Shown: positions 38,171-51,197 of the stretch, one piece after another
Position numbering within the stretch: position 1 is the stretch's first letter
Layout: the number at the start of each line of letters is the position of its first letter
NCBI RefSeq assembly: GCF_001194135.2
Contig: NC_068993.1
Span: forward strand, 50,060,273-50,124,272
Source: Octopus bimaculoides
Taxonomy: Eukaryota
Direction: 5' to 3'
Length of the DNA: 64,000 bases
Made by a program: the position numbers and the translations under genes
The notes under the pieces: model-generated
Told to the model about the DNA's origin: nothing
What the model saw: the letters and a program-made list of their open reading frames with translations, nothing else
Database searches by the model: none

Positions 38171-38496
38171 NNNNNNNNNNNNNNNNNNNNNNNNNNNNNN
38201 NNNNNNNNNNNNNNNNNNNNNNNNNNNNNNNNNNNNNNNNNNNNNNNNNNNNNNNNNNNNNNNNNNNNNNNNNNNNNNNNNNNNNNNNNNNNNNNNNNNN
38301 NNNNNNNNNNNNNNNNNNNNNNNNNNNNNNNNNNNNNNNNNNNNNCCGTAACTTAGCGGTTCGGCAAAAAGAGACCGATAGAATAAGTACTAGGCTTACA
38401 AAGAATAAGTCCTGGGGTCGATTTGTTCGACTAAAGGCGGTGCTCCAGCATGGCCACAGTCAAATGACTGAAACAAGTAAAAAAGTAAAAAGAGTA
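37978..38496 (+). mobile_element. SINE family A, young copy (gap inside its microsatellite)
   Basis: CpG-intact aagcttgcttcccaaccatgtggttccgggttcagtcccactgcgtggcacc ... ggcggtgctccagcatggccacagtcaaatgactgaaacaagtaaaa. Confidence 0.92.
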
Positions 38497-38516
38497 ATTA
38501 CACAGTCATGCCTGCG

Positions 38517-38569
<53 letters not shown>

Positions 38570-39162
38570 GCATATATACAAGTGTGAGATTTGTATAAAT
38601 TGTAAGTTACCACAAGCAGTGGTGAACAATGAAGAAGTCTTTAAAGATGCTCCATAAATCACTGCTCCAATTCAATCTAATATTTTGTACTAAAATCTAA
38701 GTGATATGATGTTGGAGTTTATCAAGTGACAGTATTCAATAGCTGTGTTGTGACTACATCTATCACTGAAACAGAAAACCAGCCTAATAAAAATTCTGCT
38801 GAAATTCCAAGAACGTAATTTCATTTCTCAATGATACGAAAAGCAGATATAAGATAGAGTAAGACTTTTAAATACCAAGAACCACATAATATATTTTTGT
38901 TCATTGTACACAATGTGATCTTGTGTGTACAAGCATTTGTGTGTCACTGGATTCCTGGAATCTATATGCATATGTGTGTGTGTGTGTGTGAGGGAGGGAG
39001 GGAGGGGGCATGTACAATCGTTGCCTGCTGTGATGTAAGTTGGTTCGTTTCAATTATGGCCATTTATTTTTCTCTTATTCCTTATTAGTGTTTTAAATCC
39101 ATTTCTAATTTTGTGAAGCAATTTTAAAAATAACTTGATATCTTCTCAGTAAGTTATGCCTT

Positions 39163-39374
39163 CATCATCATCATCATTGTCATCATCGTCGTTTAACGGC
39201 CGCTTTCCATGCTAGCATGGGTTGGACGATTTGATTGAGGACTGGTGAAACCAGATGGCTACACCAGGTTCCAATCTTATTTGGCAGAGTTTCTACAGCT
39301 GGATGCCCTTCCTAACTCCAACCACTCCGAGAGTGTAGTGGGAGCTTTTACGTGCCACTGGCACGAAGGCCAGT
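39163..39374 (-). mobile_element. SINE family B, young copy
   Basis: catcgtcgtttaacggccgctttccatgctagcatgggttggacg...tttacgtgccactggcacgaaggccagtc; near-exact reverse complement of the 3' part of 13325-13608. Confidence 0.9.
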
Positions 39375-39815
39375 CACCGTATAACATTGGATTCAGTCAT
39401 CAGTATACTCACTCACTCCGCCATCATCATCATCATCATCCAGAACCAACATGAGAATCCCAATATGCTCAATCTGCTAGAAATAGCAACCAAAAAAAAA
39501 AAAAAAATGAGGAAGCTATATCGGATATATAGAAAGACAAGATGGTCCTGGTTGGAATATCTTTAATCATAGGATTGACTTGGGAGAAAAACAGCAACCA
39601 CCATCGCCACCAGCACCACCACCATCACCACCACCACTATCAAATGGGAAAGAGTCTGCTGCCTTTAGAGAATCTCTCTAGGTTTAGTAGTTCCAAGTAA
39701 AGACAAACTGTCGTTTTATCAGCTTCATTCTTCTTCTCACTAGCAAACTGGAGTTTTTTAAAACTACAGCCTGCTAGAATTAACCACCAAATCTCCTTGA
39801 AATCACACTTTACTG

Positions 39816-40073
39816 CAGGGGTTTTCAAACTGTGGTCCGTGGACCACAGGCGGTCCGTGGACAGCAAATACTTTTTATGGGCAATTTGATTTTATATATG
39901 TTTTTTTAATCGAAATCTTTTAATTGACAATAAACCTATTTGTTAAATACTATTAAATATATAAATGTAAAAATACATGTTATTTTAAGCAAATATTTAT
40001 GTATAAATTTCATAAGCGTTTATAAGCCTGAAATATAAAGGGGTCCGCAAGTCAAAAAGTTTGAAAACCCCTG
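39816..40073. mobile_element. hAT (Charlie-type) MITE, 258 bp
   Basis: Perfect 16-bp TIRs caggggttttcaaact / agtttgaaaacccctg; 8-bp TSD ctttactg (39808-15) vs ctctactg (40074-81). Confidence 0.92.
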
Positions 40074-40093
40074 CTCTACTGTATTAAAGAAAA

Positions 40094-40135
40094 AATAAGG
40101 ACACTGGATAATGTAGGTTATCCAGTGTCCTTATT
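40094..40135. repeat. Perfect 18-bp inverted repeat with a 6-nt loop
   Basis: aataaggacactggataa-tgtagg-ttatccagtgtccttatt. Confidence 0.95.
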
Positions 40136-42141
40136 ATATGCCTAGAGAAATAAAGATACGATTGCTCACAGATGCAACATATTTCACCCTTAGTCTGATT
40201 GTCCACAGCTGACCTGGGACTAAACGACGACACAAACATTGGTGACACCCACCACTAATAACTGCAAAGAATTTACTTATTCTATTTTTATTTTATTTTT
40301 GCTCAAGGGACAGACAATATCTTGGGGAACCCCAACTAAAGCGCAATGTACATCAGGTCAAATTCACCGCTGAGCTTAGAATAGGAACTAATCAAATTTT
40401 TGTTTTGTTTCGTTTTGTTCTTTTTGTTGGTAAATTATAAAGCATTTTACTCTTTTCTACTTCATCTAACTTTTAGTGGATTACATTTGTTTGCTTTTTA
40501 TTTCAAATTTTAGAAATAAGGGAAAAAGAAAATTGAATAAAAAGACCTATATTTCATTTTGTAAATTGCATTTATAGAATCCCATGAAAAGAATTATATT
40601 TTAATTTTTTTGTTTTTTGTTTATTTTAGCAATTTTTTAAACTTTTAACTAAGTACAAAGATCTACTTAGCAACAAAATGAAATAAAATATAATTTCAAA
40701 TAGAAATGATCATCTGTCATTTCTTTGGACTTGCCCTCCTCTTCAATCATCATCATCATCATCATTATTATCATAATCATCATCGTCATCATCATCATCA
40801 TTCATATTTCTCTTGTTTCCAATCAAAACTCCATGCAGGGAGCACTTTTCTTGAACCCAACTATTACCACCACCTTTCTACCCCCTCCACTTCTCACCCC
40901 CAGAGCTCCTCTTCATCTGCTCTTCTTCTTTTCCCATTATGCATAATGGGGCAGAAAGAAGATACAACAAGAAGAGGGGATACATCTCTTATAAACACTC
41001 TTTCCATTTCATAACTCACAGATGGTATCAACATTTTGGTTTGTTTTGGGGTTATATAGTCGGGTTTGTTTGTTTTAACTTTTCTTTTTTGTTCTTTCTC
41101 AGATAATTTTCTCTTAAGCGTTTGCATCTTCTTCATCATCATCATCATCGTCATTGTCATCATCACCACCATCACTCATGACCTCACCATCAAGCCAACA
41201 TCACAACCACCACCACCACTATTTTGTTTCACTCAGTTCCTCCTGTACAGTGTTGTTCTAGCAAACACCTTTGACCACAGTGTTTGTGTACAAAACACCA
41301 GCACCTTCTCTCCGTGAGTAGGTTAGGAGGTAGTTCACTTATGACACAACAGTGGTGGTGATGGCGATGGTGGTGGTGTTAATGATGTAGGGGATGGGGT
41401 GGTGCTAATGGTGGTGGGAGGTTTTGGAGGTGGTGTTTTGCTGATGGTGTTGATGGGGGTGGTGGTTGATATGAATTCCTCATTTTTCATTTTATCTTGA
41501 GGTTTCCCCTTGTTTAGTAGCTTTTGCAGAACACCACCACCACCACCACCACCACTGCTGCTGCCTCCACCCCAGCCAGCAGCAACAACAACAACAACAG
41601 TGAATGGTAAAATAGACAAACAAACAAAATGGCTAAGAAATTTTATCCCCACCCCTCCACCTCAACCTTAGCTTACCCATGCCATTTCACCATATGAAGA
41701 GAAGAGGATGCTGGAAGCTACTTCTTAGAAACTTATTTATGGTGATGCTTGTATGAGTGCTTGTGTGTGTGTGAGAGAGAGAGAGAGAGAGNNNNNNNNN
41801 NNNNNNNNNNNNNNNNNNNNNNNNNNNNNNNNNNNNNNNNNNNNNNNNNNNNNNNNNNNNNNNNNNNNNNNNNNNNNNNNNNNNNNNNNNNNNNNNNNNN
41901 NNNNNNNNNNNNNNNNNNNNNNNNNNNNNNNNNNNNNNNNNNNNNNNNNNNNNNNNNNNNNNNNNNNNNNNNNNNNNNNNNNNNNNNNNNNNNNNNNNNN
42001 NNNNNNNNNNNNNNNNNNNNNNNNNNNNNNNNNNNNNNNNNNNNNNNNNNNNNNNNNNNNNNNNNNNNNNNNNNNNNNNNNNNNTTTTTTTGGTTGTTTT
42101 TATTTAATTTTATTAACTATTCTTGATCTTTCATCACTGCT

Positions 42142-42172
<31 letters not shown>

Positions 42173-42519
42173 ATGCAGTATGCTGTTCCCTTGTCTTCGT
42201 CTCCCAGGATTATTCCTATCAGTGAAAGCCAGAATATATTTACTATGCAAAGCACCTTCTGGCGAGGTGAAAAAGAAGTGCTTGAGCCAATTGTTAGAAA
42301 CCCAATAATAATTTGTTTGTTACTGTAGTTACTGAAGTTTTATTGCAAATCTTTTATTTACAATATACATAAATTTGTATGCAGCCTAACACCTTTCCTC
42401 ATCTCAAAAACAACCAACAACTGGTTTTGAAATTTCAAACATTTGATTTCATATACATATATGTGCGCACGCGCGCGCGTGTGTGTGTGTATGCACGCAT
42501 ATAGGTATGTATGCATGTG

Positions 42520-42560
<41 letters not shown>

Positions 42561-42839
42561 ACACACATGGATACGTGTATGCAAATGTACGTTTATATTT
42601 CAATGTATCTGTGTATGTATAATTTCCAATTTGAACACATAAAAGTAATGGGTGCGACAGCTTTAGAAATTTTATTCGATCTCGTAATGTATTTTAGTCT
42701 GGAAGTCATAATTGTATGCATTCTCACTCTCACTGACCTTATACCTCTTTCTCAGTTACCTTTTTTTTTTCCCATACGCACGCATGCATACATTTCCAAA
42801 TAGTCATACAACATAGACCAGTACATACCAACATTTATA

Positions 42840-43410
42840 CAGAACATGCTCATGTATAAATCTACACATTCACTTGACAACATATCCATACAGATATACA
42901 ATAAAATACAACATATATACACATCTAACCAGATCGCTACTTGCAAATGTTCTTCCACTACCAGTGATAGTTACATAAATACAAATTCTTTTGCACAGAA
43001 CACACTCTTGCATCAGTTTCCGCATTCACTCAACAACATATTCACATATAGACACAGATCACAACACATCATATGTACACAGTTTAACAGATCAATTTGT
43101 AAATGTCCAGCCACCAGTGGGGAATGTTGCATATACACACATGTATTTGCACATTCACTGGACAACATATAAACACATAGACAGACAGACACAGGCACAC
43201 ACATACACATATACCTGAAGCGAGCTTCGCTCACTAATGTCCATCTTCTAATATAGTTACATGTGCACACATGCATCTTTGCAAATCACACTCATGCATA
43301 AATACATACTTTTCCTTACAACATATTGATACGTCAAAATATATACACACACATCTAAACAGATCATCGCTCAGAAATGTCAATCCAGCATTAGTGATAG
43401 AAAGACGGAT
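42840..43410. repeat. Ancient degenerate tandem array, four units of ~130-156 bp
   Basis: acaacatat at 42877, 43033, 43162, 43318 (spacings 156/129/156); aatgt anchors at about 42945, 43101, 43235, 43375. Confidence 0.75.
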
Positions 43411-43889
43411 ACACTATTCTCTGATGTTTCTTTATTCATTAACACACCTAAATCTCCAATGTACAGAATGATGTCACTTTTATTTGTAACTTCTATCATC
43501 TTCACATCTGATTCATTATTAATGTGGAGGTGATGTAATTCAGTGTCACAGCTGTCCAACTTGATAAAGTGCCAAAACTGCCAGCCAACATATGAACATT
43601 TCATATTCTATTCCCTGTACTGCACTGAGTCTATAGCCAAGATCTTTACTTTAATTTTTAGGTGACTAAGTCCACCTAGCCAGAGTGGTAAAGCTCAGTG
43701 GCTGTATGCAGCAGGAATACTCTACAATCGACAAGTGTTTTGTTAGCTTGCAGTGCTGGCTTCAAATAATTCTACAAATGTAATTTGGTGATAGATGGGC
43801 TCTGCCATGTTCCGTTCTTCAAGACACACTTCATGACAGAATCACCTAAAAGGTTATGGAGTTTATCAAAAATCGTTGGCTCCAAGTTA

Positions 43890-44080
43890 GCAGCCCTTAT
43901 CATTATAGACTTATGACCAAAAGCATTCCAGCTATGGCCATCCAGTCTTTTCTTTCTTCTTCTTTTTCCATGAATAGTGTATTAAGACTACATTATCCAA
44001 TATAAGCATTAGGGCAGCATTTGAAAACAATTTGGCTACTATTTCTAGCAATTCAAGCAGCTGCATGACTCCTTGTTGGT
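43890..44080 (-). mobile_element. Repeat family D
   Basis: gacttatgaccaaaagcattccagctatggccatcc...gactacattatccaat...ttggctactatttctagc. Confidence 0.65.
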
Positions 44081-44509
44081 ACATGTGGCCATGTAATTAT
44101 CACCTTCATTAGCCAGCTATGCACTTCAATGGCATCAATTACAGTGTTCCTTATTAGTTGATCCGAGCCAATTATTTCTAGCAGGCTGAGCAATGCATTA
44201 AAGACTTTTCTTCATTACTTAATGAGACTACATGCTCACCCTCTGCTTTGGCCGTATGCGTAATTTATAGCTGCCTTTAGTAACATCAACTCTGCTGTTC
44301 TGTATTAAGTAATTCCCGGTCATATATTTCACTTGTTTTCATTTGTTGATTGTTTGATTGTTCTTCCTGAAGTGGTCTTAGTGGTAAACTGATAACCTGG
44401 TGTTCTGCAGGAGTTCAATAAAAGATATCTGATCAATTTCTATAGTAAATTTATTGCTTATTTAGTTGTGAGCATTACCTGCTTGTCATACCAACCAAAT
44501 TTCAGTTGA

Positions 44510-44705
44510 GCAAATGAGGGAGGTTCTGTATAGTCACTCGACATGATATACACAGGAGCCAGACTCCCTCCATTTACACACCATCATCTTAAAAAGGAAG
44601 GGCACATAGGACAGTCCTTTCAATATACAAATAGATGGGATGATTTGTGGTTGCAACTTTTAATATAGGCTCTGCTTAATCAGGGTTATCCTAGGATTGG
44701 ATGAG
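44510..44705 (+). mobile_element. Repeat family D
   Basis: gagggaggttctgtatagtcactcgac...atcttaaaaaggaagggcacatagg...ctgcttaatcagggttatcctagg. Confidence 0.55.
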
Positions 44706-44827
44706 AATAAGATCTTTTTTTTCTTAGTGAGAGAGAGAGGGGGGAGACATACAGACAGACAGAATGTGCATGTGTGTGTGAGCATAGCATAGGCAGTAAT
44801 AGAGGTTATTGCATGTTAGAAATATTG

Positions 44828-45038
44828 GTTTCAGATTTTGGCACAAGGCCAGCAACTTTGGAGCAGGTGTAAGTCGATTACATCACCCCCGGTGCTGAAC
44901 TGATACTTATTTCATTGACTCTGAAAGAGATGAAAGGCAAAGTCGACCTTGGTAGAATTTGAACTCAGAATGTGAAGATAGAGAACATGCTGCTAAGCAT
45001 TTTGCCTGGCATGCTAACAATTCTGCCAGCTCACCACC
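44828..45038 (-). mobile_element. SINE family E, full length with a 22-bp TSD
   Basis: Flanks ttattgcatgttagaaatattg (44806-27) and ttattgtatattagaaatattg (45039-60); minus-strand head has B-box-like gagttcaaattc. Confidence 0.88.
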
Positions 45039-45174
45039 TTATTGTATATTAGAAATATTGACGTGACTTCTATGTACCCCAGCCGGTGTGCCTGAGGAGC
45101 CCTCTCATTTGGGGTGAGGGTCTTAATTCAACTGTTCCTTTCTAACCCATTGCATGTCGGCACAGATTGACAGC

Positions 45175-45340
45175 CAACTGATTCAACTCTAGTACTTGAC
45201 TGCTACTTTCTTTCTTTAATCCTGAAGAATAATTAGTAAAGTTGATCTCAGCAGCATTTCAACTGAAAATGTAAAGAGATAGAACAAATACAACAATGCA
45301 TTTTGTATAATACTCTTACAATTCTGCCTCTCTATCACCC
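45175..45340 (-). mobile_element. SINE family E, diverged
   Basis: ctagtacttgactgctacttt...aaagttgatctcagcagcatttcaact...acaattctgcc. Confidence 0.55.
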
Positions 45341-45389
45341 TAACAACAGCATGAACAATAATTAATTTCAGTCAAGTGAACCTTCTCTT

Positions 45390-45590
45390 GTAAGTTACTT
45401 GGTGACCTCACTGCACCCAGTACCCTCTGTAAAGTGGTTTTTGTTAGGAAGGGTATCCAGTTGTAGAAACCATGCCAAAACAGACAGCAGAATTTGGTGC
45501 AATATTCTGAGTTTCCTGTTCCTGCCAAACCATCTTATCCATGCCATCATGGAAAATGGATGTTGAATGATAATGGTGATGATGATGAAG
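45390..45590 (+). mobile_element. SINE family B, diverged
   Basis: gcacccagtaccctctgtaaagtgg...ttaggaagggtatccagttgtagaaacc...catggaaaatggatgttgaatgat. Confidence 0.75.
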
Positions 45591-46957
45591 TGAACTGGAT
45601 TAGTGCAAGTTATATACCTGTCTCTTTGTCTCTCTGTTTCTACTGTCCGTACTAGAAAATACTCTTCATTATTAACAAAAGTATAAAAACTGTTGTCGTT
45701 GTTAACCCTAGGTCAGCCTGAATAAGCAGATCTATGATCAAAGCCATTCCAGCCATGAACCTTCCATATTAATTTTAGATGTAGAATAATGTACTTCGAG
45801 ATGCACAGTACAAAAACAGCCTTTTGACTTGGTGTCGACTAGTAGCAAACATAAATCTGTACAAGGTTTCATATGTTCAAATTAATGTTATATAGTAGCA
45901 TGAAGAAACTCGTCTAACTTACTGACATTCCTAACTCTATTGTCAGTTACTAAAGTACATAAATTTAATATTTGGTGGCTATAGTCTCATCTCTGATGTC
46001 ATTATCTTCTTTACACCTTTTCTTTCCATCTTACTTTTGCCATCTTCTATTCTTTCTTTTCATGTTTCTCATCCTCGTCTTCTCTTCATCTTTAACCCCC
46101 TCCCCACCTCACTTCATTTGTTTCATCTTTACTCGCATTCTTTCTTCTTCCCCGTCTTTCTTTCTTTTTTCCCCCCTTTCTCCACAGTTTATTACTGAAG
46201 TGTCCTCTAACTATGATTTCTGGCACCTGTGCTAACTTGACATAGTGACATGCCACCCATATATCACTACTATATGCTGGTTATTATCCCAGCTTGTAAC
46301 CTCAACAGCTATTGTCACCAACATCATTCTGGTAAGCTTTGACTGCCATAAACACCACTCGTCAGCACCAGCTTTTACCACCAGCCACCAATGTTTCATT
46401 ATCACAATTCCCACCAGCATTATTATCATTGCGAACCTCTCCACCTACATATCTTCATCTTAACTGCTAACCAACACATGTCGAAACCACTTGCATCATC
46501 ATCATCATCATCATCATCATCACAACCACCCTCATTGTCAGTGTCATCATCAGCAATGCTACTTTAATATTTACTATTATTTATGGTGAGCAATGCAGTC
46601 CCCTTGTGTCAGTGAGAGTGCAGGGGAATGCTTATTAATAATAATAATAGTAACAATAATAATAATGATGATGATGACGACAATGATTATGATGATGATG
46701 ATGATGGTGGTGGTAGTGGTGGTGGTGATAATAATAATACCTGGCTGGAGAGCAGTTTGGGAATATTCTTCATTACTTATGATGTCACATTGTAGTTGGA
46801 GTTGATGTTTTCCAATGTTGATGAGCAGGACCTAGGAGAACAGTGTGCACTAAAATTGCCACTTGGTATGCTGGCTGACAACATCTTATTAGATTAGAGA
46901 ATTCTTATTGACACTTTGACCAGTCTTACGAGTTTCATTCATCTCTCTCTCTCACTT

Positions 46958-47006
<49 letters not shown>

Positions 47007-47419
47007 CTCTCTCCCCGCTTCTATCTATCTATTTCATTCTCACCTCTCCGTCAGGAGAATTGGAGTCGGTGGTGGACAAAGCAAGAAAGAAACAAAACGG
47101 TTGGCAGGATCTGATCCACCTTCTAGACAACTGCTGTTCAATCCATCCGATCTCCTCCACACTAACAGCTTCACACTAAACAACTTATAAGTGAAGAACT
47201 GCTACTTAATTCTGCCTCAAGTTGTCCTGTTCCTTGTCATTTGTGTCTGCTAACCCACTGCGCAGTTCACTTTTGGTGTTGGCTGACATTATATATAATA
47301 TGACAGTTCAGGACACAATGCGTTTCTCACAAATACTTTTGTTTTAATGAGACTTTTAGCAAATGAAAAATAACAATAACAACAATGCTGATGACAATGA
47401 TGATGATCACAATAACAAC

Positions 47420-47461
<42 letters not shown>

Positions 47462-47681
47462 AACAATAGTAATAATAATCATTTGAAATTTACACCTTGG
47501 GAATATCTATGTTATGTACTTTCCAGTCAATTTCTTTCTTCTATTTTTTTCTTTTGTAAATCACAGATCGTTTTTCACACTCACTGACTGCTCTTTTTTT
47601 TTTGTCTCGGTGACCAGACAAAACCAGACAGCCAGATAGACAGAGAGACAGGCAAACTGGTATATTTACACAATAATAACC

Positions 47682-47683
<2 letters not shown>

Positions 47684-47734
<51 letters not shown>

Positions 47735-47740
47735 TGATAA
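47684..47740. repeat. (AAT)n microsatellite
   Basis: Direct read. Confidence 0.95.
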
Positions 47741-48470
47741 TAAGGATTATTGTGTTGTTGTTATTATTACTATTATTATTATTATTATTACTACTGTTAC
47801 TATTTTGCTAGTTCCCAACCACCTCTCCCATTACGACTCTAAGCTAAAATTTAATGCCACCTTCGCCAACACTAGCAAAGGCAAAATATCTAGCTAGATA
47901 AAAGCGACAGTATGAAGGCGGTGGGGAGGATGGAGAAAACTAGAAATTTCACATTCATTTCAATTGCAAGACTTGCTTCCAATAACAATTTAGCCAAATA
48001 ATTAAACAGGAGCATAATGGCAGTATTGTTTGCAATCACAATGGCAGACCATTTCAGTGATTCGAAAAGCTAAATTAAAACTCTTGCTATCATTAAGAAA
48101 TAAAATAGCAAGATGATAATAAGAAAAATTTTCATTTATCAGACATTTTCTGGAGAAAGCCAGTGAAGAAGTTGGAATTAATGGCACTTAAATAAGGATA
48201 TTTCTATTCTTAGTTTGATGTGTGAAACTACAAATCATAGGAGATGAATAATTCGCTTGTGTTGTTGTTGTTGTTGTTGTTGTTAGTGGTGATGGTGGTG
48301 TTAGGGACGGTAGTGGTCGCGTTATTGTCGTTGTTGTTCTGATTCAAATTTATTCATTTGTTAATTCATTTTTGGTGTGTCTTTGTGTGTGTATTGTTTG
48401 TGTATGTATATCTTAAGTGTACATGCATGAATATGTATAATATATACGTCTATATGTGTTTGTCTGTGTA

Positions 48471-48474
<4 letters not shown>

Positions 48475-48553
<79 letters not shown>
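48475..48553. repeat. (TA)n microsatellite
   Basis: Direct read. Confidence 0.95.
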
Positions 48554-48556
<3 letters not shown>

Positions 48557-48866
48557 ATGTGTATATAAATTTTCCTTTCTGTAAATAAAAATTCCAATAA
48601 TGGATAAATAAAACAGATGAAAAGATAATATTTAGGAATGACAACAGTAGAACAGGCTGGAATGTCTCTTCCTCATTCTGCCAAAAAAGTAATCGTACAT
48701 CAAAAGCATTCTGTTCAGTTTCCATTTGTTAAGGCTCGCTATATCTGGCGTTTGTTACTAATGAATTTTTCCACTTCTTTAAAAAGATAGCTAGATGGAT
48801 TGATAGATAGATAGATAGATGGTTGGATGGCTGGATGGATAGATAGATCGATTGATCAATCGATAC

Positions 48867-48908
<42 letters not shown>

Positions 48909-49640
48909 TCAAACAGAGAACCCTTGCCATATTCCAGTGTTATCCATTGCTGACCCAACTACATTATCTTTGAGGTCTAATTTTTTCCTGATATTGTGGC
49001 TTATTCTATTTTATCTTTGTAGTCAGTTATTAATTCTTTGGTGTTACTGTTATTGTTGTTTGTCTTTTAAAAAAAAACAACAACACAAAACATTTAAAAA
49101 AGAGGTGGATGATGTTTGAGGGAAAGGACAAAGGCTGTTAGTATTGATTAAATTGACTTTATTAAATTTCTTTCGTTTATATATATTTTATTATTTTTAT
49201 ATTATTATTGTTGTTTTTGTTGTTGTTATTATTATTATTATTATCACCATTATTATTATTTTAACATCTGATAGAATCTCTGTTGAATAAGAAAAACTCA
49301 TTTCACAAATATATTCATATTTTTCTCCATTAATTCTTTCCCCCATTAAACCAGAAAATTAAAAATCCAAATAAATAAAAATTCAAAAAAAAAAAACAAT
49401 AAACAAGGAAAATCAAAAACAAGGTAACAACTATTACAACTTCCTCAGAATATGTTTGTGTGTGTTTATGTGTTTTATATATACATATATATTTGTACAC
49501 ACACACACACACATAAACGCACGCACACACATACACAACTATATATTTAAAATATACATACTCAACATATCCATATATTCAAACATACATCATACACACA
49601 TACATACATACGTGTATGTATGTATGTATATGTGTATATA

Positions 49641-49682
<42 letters not shown>

Positions 49683-50355
49683 NNNNNNNNNNNNNNNNNN
49701 NNNNNNNNNNNNNNNNNNNNNNNNNNNNNNNNNNNNNNNNNNNNNNNNNNNNNNNNNNNNNNNNNNNNNNNNNNNNNNNNNNNNNNNNNNNNNNNNNNNN
49801 NNNNNNNNNNNNNNNNNNNNNNNNNNNNNNNNNNNNNNNNNNNNNNNNNNNNNNNNNNNNNNNNNNNNNNNNNNNNNNNNNNNNNNNNNNNNNNNNNNNN
49901 NNNNNNNNNNNNNNNNNNNNNNNNNNNNNNNNNNNNNNNNNNNNNNNNNNNNNNNNNNNNNNNNNNNNNNNNNNNNNNNNNNNNNNNNNNNNNNNNNNNN
50001 NNNNNNNNNNNNNNNNNNNNNNNNNNNNNNNNNNNNNNNNNNNNNNNNNNNNNNNNNNNNNNNNNNNNNNNNNNNNNNNNNNNNNNNNNNNNNNNNNNNN
50101 NNNNNNNNNNNNNNNNNNNNNNNNNNNNNNNNNNNNNNNNNNNNNNNNNNNNNNNNNNNNNNNNNNNNNNNNNNNNNNNNNNNNNNNNNNNNNNNNNNNN
50201 NNNNNNNNNNNNNNNNNNNNNNNNNNNNNNNNNNNNNNNNNNNNNNNNNNNNNNNNNNNNNNNNNNNNNNNNNNNNNTTATACATAAGTGTGAATATATA
50301 TGTGTGTGTGTATATATATATATACATACATATACATGTGTGAATACATATGTAT

Positions 50356-50392
<37 letters not shown>

Positions 50393-50423
50393 CTTATGTA
50401 TACACATATACATGTATATACAT

Positions 50424-50496
<73 letters not shown>

Positions 50497-51197
50497 TATT
50501 AATATATATATATACATACGTATATATATAAATCAACTAATTTTCATTTGTTTTTTTTTTTGATTATTTTATATTTTATTTAAATTTCAATATCCATCCA
50601 TTCTTTAATTTTGGGGTCTAAAATAAAACTCAATGTTATTTTAACATCTGCTTTGTTTGTGTTGTTTTTGTTATTGTCATTATCTTGATTTAATATAATA
50701 AAAACAAAAACAAGAAAAATGACAAAAAAAACCCACCCACATTCACCTCCACTTCCTCCTCCTCACCCTCCCACTCACACATACATAGAATTTAAAGATA
50801 ATATTCAATGTTGTCTCATGTTAGTGATCGATACGCCCCGACAATTCTTTAAGTTTCGTTTAACATCTTCTCCCTCAATGGTTTACGACAATAACATAGT
50901 TTATCTCCCACCCCTATCACCTACCCATCTGTCTCTCTCTCTCTCTCTCTCTCTCACCATGGAATACAAACTGCTTCTTTATTCTTGGTGGCAGGGGTGG
51001 AGCAGAGAAGATGGTAATGTAACAATCATCTATCTACTTTCTTATTCTCGATATGTTTTGAGGGGAGGGGACAGGGGATTTTTCTGTTTGATAAAATAGC
51101 AATGGGAGAAACTCTCGGCACCACCACCACCACCACCACTACCACCACTGCTACCAAAGACTGCCAGTAGTACTTTTAGTTGGTCACGGATTAATGC

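Larger units (their letters stand above)
39765..40232 (+). mobile_element. Repeat family D copy interrupted by a hAT MITE
   Basis: cctgctagaattaaccaccaaatctccttgaaatcacac, then MITE, then ...gctgacctgggactaaacgacgac. Confidence 0.65.
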
